A DNA stretch of 64,000 nucleotides from the human T2T-CHM13v2.0 reference genome, Homo sapiens: the NCBI RefSeq assembly GCF_009914755.1, contig NC_060943.1. One strand, 5' to 3'. Made by a program: the position numbers and the translations under genes. Below, piece after piece: positions 53,321-64,000 of the stretch. A model generated the notes under the pieces. The model was not told where the DNA came from and searched no databases. It saw only the letters and a program-made list of their open reading frames with translations. The stretch's first letter is position 1. Each line of letters begins with the position of its first letter.

Positions 53321-53792
53321 TGCACTGGCAGTAAAAGATGGTTTCATTCCTGCCATGATCTGCAGGATCCCTGGGAACAGAGAAGACTCTTGGAGGAGCA
53401 TCTTTTAACAACCCAACTCTGGGGCCTACATTATCTTGGCTTCTGGTAAATTTTGACATGAATGTGCCACTGGCAGCCACTAACCAACAGGGGCTGGGGT
53501 CAATCTGCATGATTTATCTCACACAGAACTTGTTAATGCTATGATCTTAGGAATCTAATCAGCAAGGTGAGGCAGCCTGCAGTACTGACCTCACCATCCA
53601 TGACCCTTCTTCACAGATACCAAGACTCAGGCAACCATGAAGTTGTATTCAGAAGCTGTAGGTTTAATTTCAGACTCTTGGGATGGCATCTAAGGCCAGT
53701 CCATCAGCCATTACAACCCTCACAAGGCATTTAGGACAAATCTGATAATCTTCTGGTGTCACTGCCAATAATTAAAGATGGCAACCGATGAG

Positions 53793-55223
<1,431 letters not shown>

Positions 55224-55494
55224 CTGATGAGGGGATAAAGGATTTAAAACATTTTCCAACATATTAAGAGATTTCACCCATTTGAACACAGAAACATTAT
55301 TTTGATGACAATTATTATTTTACTTTTCAATGATTAAATTTTTTTTGAGACAAAGTCTTGTTCCATCTTCCAGGCTGGAATGCAGTGGCACAATCTGGGC
55401 TAACTGAAACCTCCACCTCCCAGGCTCAAGTGATCCTCATGCCTCAGTCTCCCAAGTAGCTGGGAATACAGGTGCTGCTAATGCACCCGGCTAA

Positions 55495-58400
55495 TCTGTA
55501 CCAAGTCAGCCACAAACGCCAGGCCATGTTCTGAGCTGATTCATAAGGGCAGTCCAAACCCAGGAATAAGATCTCAGAGAAGCACACAGGTTACCTCGTA
55601 GACCTTTTCAGTTGATGTTGGATAAGCCTCCACCCACCCAGAGTAAGTACACACAAGAACCAGCAAATAATTGTTACCTCCACATTTCGGCATTTCTGTG
55701 AAATCCACCTGAAGATCCTCAAAAGGAGCCGTACATAAGCTTGTATGCCGGGTGGAACAGTGAGGCCTTGCCTCGCATTGTGCTGTCGGCAAGTAATGCA
55801 CCATTGTGCTATTGCTTTGCAAGGGCTGGCAAGTGTGAGATGTAGAAGTACCGGCCTAACAATTTTTCAAGTGACTCTTGACCTAGATGAGTGGTTTCGT
55901 GCATGGCCAATACGATTGTGGCTCCCATTAACTGCAGCACAGCTACCCTCCCATCTGGCAGTCTGTTCCATCCTCCTTTTATTACTTGCCCCCCTTCTGC
56001 ATGGAAGAAGTCTTTTTCTTCCTTAGAATAGGTAGTACCAGGTCAGGTGTTTGAGGGAGTAAGGGGGCTGCTACCGATGCCCGGTAAGGGGTAGATGCTG
56101 CTTTTCGAGTTTCTGAATCAGCTCGAGAGTTTCCCAAGGCCACTGAGGTGGAAGCTCACTGGTGTCCCCTGCAGTGCATGACTGCCACCTTCTGAGGTTT
56201 CCACACTGCCTCTAATAATTGTAGAATATCTTGTTGATATTTTATGTCCTTTCCCCCAGAGTTTAACAGGCCCTTTTCCTTATATAATGCTCCACACTCC
56301 ATGCACTTGGAGGGTTAGAAATGCATATCGAGAGTCAGTGTAGATGTTTACAGTCTTACCTTCACTGAGTTCTAGAGCCCGAGTTAAAGAATGAGCTCAG
56401 CCTTCTGGGCTGAAACACCCTGTGGCAACGGTTTGGCTTCAATGACAGCATCCAAAGTTACCACCGCATATCCTGCACATCTTTCTCCTTGTGGGTTGAT
56501 GAAGCTGCTCCCATCCATGTATAAATCCCAGTCTACTGATGCCCATGGCTGGTCTCAAAGGTCAGGTCTGCTAGAATAAACTGAGTCCAACACCTCTACA
56601 CAGTTACGCTTGACTGGGCTCTCTGATACTGGAAGCAGGGTGGCGGGACTTAGGGTGTTACAGATTTCAGTGGTTATGTGGGGATTTTCACATAGCAAGC
56701 TTTGGTACTTGGTTAATCTAGCATTTGTTAGCCAATGATGTCCTTTGGTATTCATCAAGGTTACCACAGTATGGGGGACATTTATATTCAGGTTTTGCCC
56801 AAGGGTTAGTTTATCTGCTTCTTGTGCTAACAGGGCTGTTGCTGCCAGGGCCCTTAGACATGGTGGCCAGCCTTTGGAAACCCCATCTAGTTGTTTTGAG
56901 AGATAGGCCACTGGCCTTGGCCAGGGCCCCACAGACTGGGTTAAAACCCCAACTGCCATTTTTTCTCTTTCTGACACATAGAGAGTAAAGGGCTTTGTGA
57001 AATCTGGTAGTCCTAGGGCTGGAGCCGACGTAAGTTTTTCCTTTAACTTACAAAAGGCTTGCTGTTGTAGAGGCCCCCGTTCAAAAGACACCTGGTCGCC
57101 CCCCTTTGTAACCCTGTACAAAGGTTTGGCTAGTACTGCAAAGTTTGGAATTCATAATCTACAAAACCCCACAGCTCCTAGGAATTCCCTTACTTGCCTT
57201 CTGGTTTTAGGTTCTGGTAGGTTGCAGATGACCTGCTTTCTTTCTGCCCCAGGGTGTGCTCCCCTTTCCGAATAGTGAATCCCAGGTAGCGTACGTGCTG
57301 TCTGCAGGTCTTAGCTTTCTTCTTGGACACCTTATATCCACAGTCTTCCAGGTGCCAAAGCAGGGCATCCGTCCCTTTTGTGCACCCAACTGCTGTGGAG
57401 TGTCCCAGCAGAACGTCGTCCATGTACAGGAGCAAGACGCAGCCTAGGTCTTCAGCAGGAAGCTTTTGCAGGTCTCGAGCCAGGGCCTCCCTGAAGATAG
57501 TAGGGGAGTTCTTGAACCCTTGGGGAAGCCAGGTCCATGTGTACTGAGTAGTGACACCTGACCCCAGATCTTCCCATTGAAAGGCAAACAGCTTCTGGCT
57601 CTCAGGAGCTAGTCTGATGCTAAAGAAGGTGTCTTTTAAGTCCAGACAGGTAAACCAGCTGTCCTCAGCTGGCAGCAGCTCTAACAATGTGTAAGGGTTA
57701 GGAACTGTTGGTGCAGAGTCACTGTAGCTTGGTTGACCAAGCGCAAGTCCTGTGCTGGCCGGTAGTCCTTGGTCCCTGGCTTAGGGACAGGCAGCAGGGT
57801 GGTGCTCCGTGGAGACTGGCAAGGAACTATAACTCCACAGGCTTTCACGCACATGAGATGAACCTGGATTCCTTCAAGAGCTTCTCTGGGAACCGGATAC
57901 TGCTTTTATCTAACTGGTTGGGCCCCAGGCTTAACTTCTATGAGTATGGGGGTTTGGTTGACTGCCAGTTCCAGAGGATTATCTTCTGCCTATACTTGAG
58001 GCCATTGTTTAGCTAGAGCTGGTTTTATCTCTTGGCCTGGCTCTGTTAGAAAAAGTCTCCATTATTCTTCCTGAGGAACTGTAAGGGCTGTGATAACTCC
58101 TGTTCCTGGTAATTTTAGATGTAAAGAGCTCTGTTTTGTAAAGGAGATGGTGGCTCTCAGCTTGCTAAGCAAGTCTCTTCCCAGCAAGGGCAAGGGACAG
58201 TCAGGCATGTACAAGAACTGGTGAACTATTTCATGTCCCCCCACCGAGGATGTCTGTGGTAGACAGAAAGCCTGCTTAGTGGAAACTCCTGTTGCTCTGA
58301 TTATATCAGTGGTTTTCTTGGATAAGGGGGTGACCAGGGTGGTCACTACTGAATGTTCAGCACCAGTATCGACCAAAAACTTAATGTCCTTGCCCCCAAT

Positions 58401-61042
58401 TGTAATCCTGACCGTGGGCTCCTTGGGGGCGCTTGAGCCTGGTTGCCTTCACTCTGGTGGTCCTTCAGCCAGATTGAACAAAGCTCCCTCATCTTTATCT
58501 GAGATCTTTTGTTCCGAATCACCTTGCTTTTCCTTCAGTTAGGGACACTTATCTTTCCAATGTCCTATTTCCTTACAATAGGCTCATTGGTTATGTTGCA
58601 AGCATGGGCAATTAGACTGGGTATTCTTCCCGGAACCCCCCTTTCCCTCTCCTTTTGGGGGAATTCCCCTAATGGCCATGGCCAGTAAGTTGGTGTTTCG
58701 CTTGGCCTGGCGTTCACCTTCCTTACGGCTTTCTCTGCAGCTTGTTGCATCTCTGTTCACAAACACTTGATTGACTATTTCCAGTAACTGTGAGGTATTC
58801 ATACCCACAAACCCAGCCTGTTTCTGCAATTTTCTCCTGGTATCTTCTGCGCTTTGACTAACTAAGGCCATGTTAATCATGCGCTGATTTTCAGGGCTAT
58901 CTGGATCAAAAGGAGTGTACATAAGGTAAGTCTCACACAGTCTTTCATAGAATTGCGCTGGACTCTCCTCTTTTCCTTGGATGACCTCAGAGACCATATT
59001 TACATTTGTAGCCTCTTGAGCCCCTTTCTTTAGACCTTCTATTAATGCCTCACAGTACCATGTCTGGTCCCTTGTTTGGGTCCCATTGGGGGTCTGTTCC
59101 TGGCAGCTGAATTCTTATATATTACTGGGGGTTTTGGTAATCTGCTGGGACGTACTCCTCTAGCCACTTAGTTGCTGCCTGGAGCACCCTTCGCTGTTCG
59201 TCTGTATTAAAGAGGTACATGAGTAGCTGGTGGCAATCAGCCCAAGTAGGATTATGAGTCTGCATAATAGTTTGGAGCAAGTCAATTAAAGCTTGAGGCT
59301 TTTTGGTGTAAGATGGAGTATTATTTTTCCAATTGAGGAGGTCAACAGAGGTGAAAGGTTGACACACAAAGGCATGCCTTTCCACCACGTCTCCATCCTC
59401 ATCTACCCCAGTATATCGCTGCTCTCTCAGGGGTGTTTGGATTCCAGTCTTGGGCTGTAAGCGAGCTGCCAAAGGAGGAGTTTCTCCCACAGCTTCACTT
59501 CCTCTTTTGTCCACTCTGGGTGGTCTAGGAGTGTGGCTATCTGGCAGAGGTATAGGTGCTGTGGGCTCAGGAGTGGGGACCCCTTCCTCTCGATAAGGAG
59601 GGGGTACTGCTGGTACCAATTCCTGCCATGATTCTTCTGGTGTTGGGTCTGACAGGACTTTTGGTGCTGATTTCCCTTGGTGTGTGGAGCAAGAACCTTC
59701 CTTAACTGTCCCTTTCCTACTAGTACTGCTGCTGCCTGTCATCTTAACCACTGTGGGGGATCCAAAACTAGCTTTAACCAAGAATCTATATACAGGAAAT
59801 GATCTGGGTGCCTGGCTTATGGGTTACCCTGTGCCATACCTTCGAGACAAGGGACCTGTCCAGGCTTCCGATGGCCAATCCACCTCTAATGCAGGCCAGT
59901 CTATCTCACACAAAGTTCTAAGTTTTCCTGCTGTCATAATAACTCCATAGTCTCCCTTAAATCCCTTTTTGAAATTTTTCAACATATTCCTAGTGGGGTG
60001 GGCTTACTTTGTGCCTGACCCATGTTTCCTTGAGACAAAACACCACACTCAAACCACAAGCACACCACAAAATAAAGAACGAGTAAAGAGGACACACACA
60101 CACTTTTATAGTTTATGCCAAACCAGAATCAGAACAAAATCAGAGTATCAGGGAATCCAAGCCAGGTCAAAACCAAAACCAAAGTATCAAGCAATCCCAG
60201 TCAAGTCAAAAACAAAAACCAAAGTGCCAGTACAGGCATGTCATGGGTGATCAGGCCACGCTTCCACTCAAATGGAGTGGGCAAGTTCCAAAGACCAGTC
60301 TTACCAAGTTTCAGATGTCCGGACTCCAAGTGCCAGTTCCTTCCCGGTGTTCAGCCACTGTGTTGATCCTCCACGGGGGCCTGCCACGCACTGCTCCAGC
60401 GAGGTGTTCCACCGGGGCAACTGACTACCTGGGAATGCTCTCAGGATCCGAGTCGCTCAAGCTGGCCAGAGTCCCCCAGAGGGATGCTCCACAGGGGAGG
60501 CCTAAGCCACCTAAGGGGCTGCCTCAACCTTCCATTAATCACCTCGCTTCCCAGCCAGGGAATCAAGAAAGTGTAGCAGGATGAGCCACAGACAAGAACC
60601 CCTCAGACACCGAATTGTAGAAGGAAAGGGCTTTATTCAGCTGGGAGCATAGGCAGACTCACATCTCCAAAAACAGAGCTCCCTGAGCGAGCAATTTCTG
60701 TCCCTTTTAAGGGCTTACAACTCTAAGGGGGTCAGTGTGAGAGGGTTGCGATCGATTGATCAAGCAGGGGGTACATGACTAGTGGCTGCATGCACCTGCA
60801 CCGGTAATTAGAATGGAACAGAACAGTACATGGTTTTTCACAGTCCTTTTCCATACAATGTCTGTAATCTATAGATAGCATAACCAATTAGTTCAGGGGT
60901 CTGTCTTTAACAACTAGGCCCAGGGTTTGACGCCGGGATGTCTGCCTGTGGGTTTCATTTCTGCCTTTTAGTTTTTACTTCTTTTTTTCTTTGGAGGCAG
61001 AAATTGGGCATAAGACAATATGAGAGGTGGTCTCCTCCCTTA
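55495..61042 (-). mobile_element. HERV-E provirus, 3'-truncated within integrase (5' LTR2 60572-61042)
   Basis: LTR2 start TAAGGGAGGAGACCACC, PBS-Glu-like, gag (DLLNWKNNTPSY, QGKEESPAQFYERL), protease VDTGAEHS, RT LPQGFKNSP and YMDD, RNase H, IN LQVDFTEMP; no env or 3' LTR. Confidence 0.93.
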
Positions 61043-61293
61043 CTTTGACCAACATCTCCCCAACCCATACCCCTAAGCCCCTGGTAACTACCATTCTGTC
61101 TCTCCTTCTATGAATCCAACTTTTTAAATTATACATACAAGGGAGATCATCTGGTATTTGTTTTCCCATACCTGGCTTATTTCACTTAACATATTGTCCT
61201 CCACATCCATCCATGATGTTGCAAATGACAATGTTTCCTTTTAAAACATACACCACTTTTGAATGTGTTTTATTCAGTCTACAAAGTCACCTA

Positions 61294-61875
<582 letters not shown>

Positions 61876-64000
61876 ATTTTTTTTTTTTTTTTTTTTTTTG
61901 AGACGGAGTCTCGCTCTGTCACCTAGGCTGGAGTGCAGTGGCGTGATCTCGGCTCACTGCAACCTCCGTCTCCTGGGTTGAAGTGATTCTCCTGCCTCAG
62001 CCCTTCTGAGTAGCTGGGATTACAGGCGCACGCCCCCACGCCTGACTAATTTTTTTTTTTTTGTATTTTTAGTAGAGACAGGGTTTCACCACATTGGTCA
62101 GGCTGGTCTCAAACTCCTGACCTCATGATCCACCCGCCCCAGCCTCCCAAAGTGTTGGGATTACAGGCGTGAGCCACCGTGCCTGGCCTAACACGTGATC
62201 TTAAGATTATGTTAGTGAAGTTGATCCATATCACTGTATCTACCTTTATTACTTCATTTGCTGTAGAGCATTCCAGTAGTATAATTATGCCACAATTTAC
62301 CCATTCTGTTGATCTCATTTGAGTAATTCCCAATTGAGGATTACATCAAATAATGCTGGTGAAATGTCTTTAATGTTATCTTGATGCACACTGGAGCCAT
62401 TACTCTTATGTTAGAGCACATGTACGTGTACAAATTTAGTAGATGTTGCCAATAGTTTTTGAAATTTTCTCTAATACTCTCTACAACCAGCAGAATACGC
62501 ACATCCTCATCAGCTTTATCTTCAGAACAAACCATTTTTTTCTCTGTGTCCAGCTAGCTCACTGGGACCCCTAAGTGACAAATACAGATGGTAATGTATT
62601 TCTTTTTTTTTTTTTTTTTTTGAGACAGAGTCTTGCTCTGTCGCCCAGGCTGTAGTGCAGTGGCACGATCTCAGCTCACTGCAACCTCCGCCTCCTGGGT
62701 TCAAGCAATTCTCTGCCTCAGCCTCCCCAGTAGCTGGGATTACAGGCGCCCACAACCATGCCCAGCTAATCTTTGTATTTTTAGTAGACGGGGTTTCACC
62801 ATTGTGGCCAGGCTGGTCTTGAACTCCTGACCTCATGATTCACCCTCCTCGGCCTCCCAAAGTGCTGGGATTACAGGCGTGAGCCACCGTGCCCGGCCCA
62901 ATGTGGGTATTTTTAAGCCTCATGTTTCCTTCAGAGCTTTCTGGCAGCCCATGTCAGCAAGAGAGTCTTCTGATTTCATTTACCCATGGAGTGAGTAGAT
63001 GTGTCGGTGACATAGGAGTCTCACACGGGACTGGTAACTCTGTACATTTCTTCTGGGAAATGGAGTCCTACTTTGGGTAGGAAGAACCCAAAGTTGAACT
63101 GAATACCACGGAGAGCCTTGCCCCTCCATATATGAACACATATTTGCTAAGATTGGTAATTAAGTGAATTTTCATGTAGAACTTATTTTCAAGTGCTCAG
63201 CCAGCCACTGATTCTGATTCTTTCAATTAATTTCCTACTTAAGAAAATTAGTTTTTCATGAGTAGAATAAAGTGATGATTAGACATCATTTTTTCTGTAG
63301 TTATAATGTTGTAGATTAGATTCATCCCTCATTTTAATCCCCAAAGAAAATTCTATCAAACCTAAGAAAAACCCTTGATGTACTCACCTCTCTCCGTAGA
63401 TATGTAATCAGCCAATTTATATGATGCTTTCCTTAACTCCTACTCCCTTTCCTTTCAATATGGCTTATTTAGACACCATCTTTTTGGTCTCACCTTAAAT
63501 AGAACTCACTTTTCTTACATTCATCTATTCCCATATATACACATAGAAAACAATACTGTCCTCTACTTCCAAAACTCTCATCAATTTGTAATAATAAGTC
63601 AAGCGCAGTGGCTCACCCTTGTAATCCCAGCACTTTGGGAGGCTGAGGCAGGTGGATCACCTGAGGTCAGGAGTTCAAGACCAGCCAGGCCAACAGGATG
63701 AAACCCCCATCTCTAGCCAGGCGTGGTGGCGCATGCCTGTAATCTCAGCTACTTGGGAGGCTGAGACATGAGACTTGCTTGAATCTGAGAGGCGGAGGTT
63801 GCAGTGAGCAGAGATGGCACAACTGCACTCCAGCCTGGGCAACAGAGGGAGACTCTGTCTCAATTTAAAAAAAAAAATTGTAATGAAACATTTATTTGCT
63901 TGGTTAGACGTCTGCCCCTCCACTAGTTTACAAGTTCCCTAAGAGCAGCCCTTGGTTGGATTTTTTTTTTTTCATTATGCCTTAATGAACCATTAGCATT

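Noticed and set aside
55574-59781. HERV-E gag/pro/pol ORFs as functional genes
   Set aside because: Broken by stops and frameshifts into pieces of at most 219 aa.
62920-63590. Non-repeat-looking stretch as a possible exon
   Set aside because: No KRAB or zinc-finger similarity and no convincing splice-bounded ORF that I can see.

Overview
Hominoid (most likely human chr19p13.2) KRAB zinc-finger cluster DNA, about three-quarters repeats. No unambiguously intact protein-coding gene is present. Three pieces of a tandemly duplicated ZNF561/ZNF562-family unit lie on the minus strand: (1) a CpG-rich promoter/first exon at ~4.8-5.6 kb (probably ZNF562; gene body runs off the left edge); (2) a complete paralogous gene at 20.3-30.7 kb (probably ZNF812P) with a 2-bp deletion in its zinc-finger exon and damaged exon-5 splice sites; (3) an orphan, multiply disrupted zinc-finger exon at 53.8-55.2 kb that a deletion has fused behind a 3'-truncated HERV-E provirus. 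Also present: an RPS4X processed pseudogene, a full-length SVA, two LTR5A-type solo LTRs (one with a nested MER11), three LTR10 solo LTRs, a Harlequin (LTR2-family) recombinant provirus, a HERV-I/LTR10 provirus containing a nested HERV-K(HML-3)/MER9 provirus, MaLR, ERVL and L1 relics, and dozens of Alus. Best leads: a shifted splice acceptor that would restore a 454-aa ORF in the 'pseudogene'; an LTR10C sitting as a co-oriented promoter inside that gene's promoter; a HERV-E LTR and splice donor poised over the orphan zinc-finger exon; the Harlequin recombination junction readable against both parental families within this window; and four independent HERV-I/LTR10 integrations around these KZFP promoters. 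Gene symbols and repeat subfamily names come from my recall of consensus sequences, not from a search.
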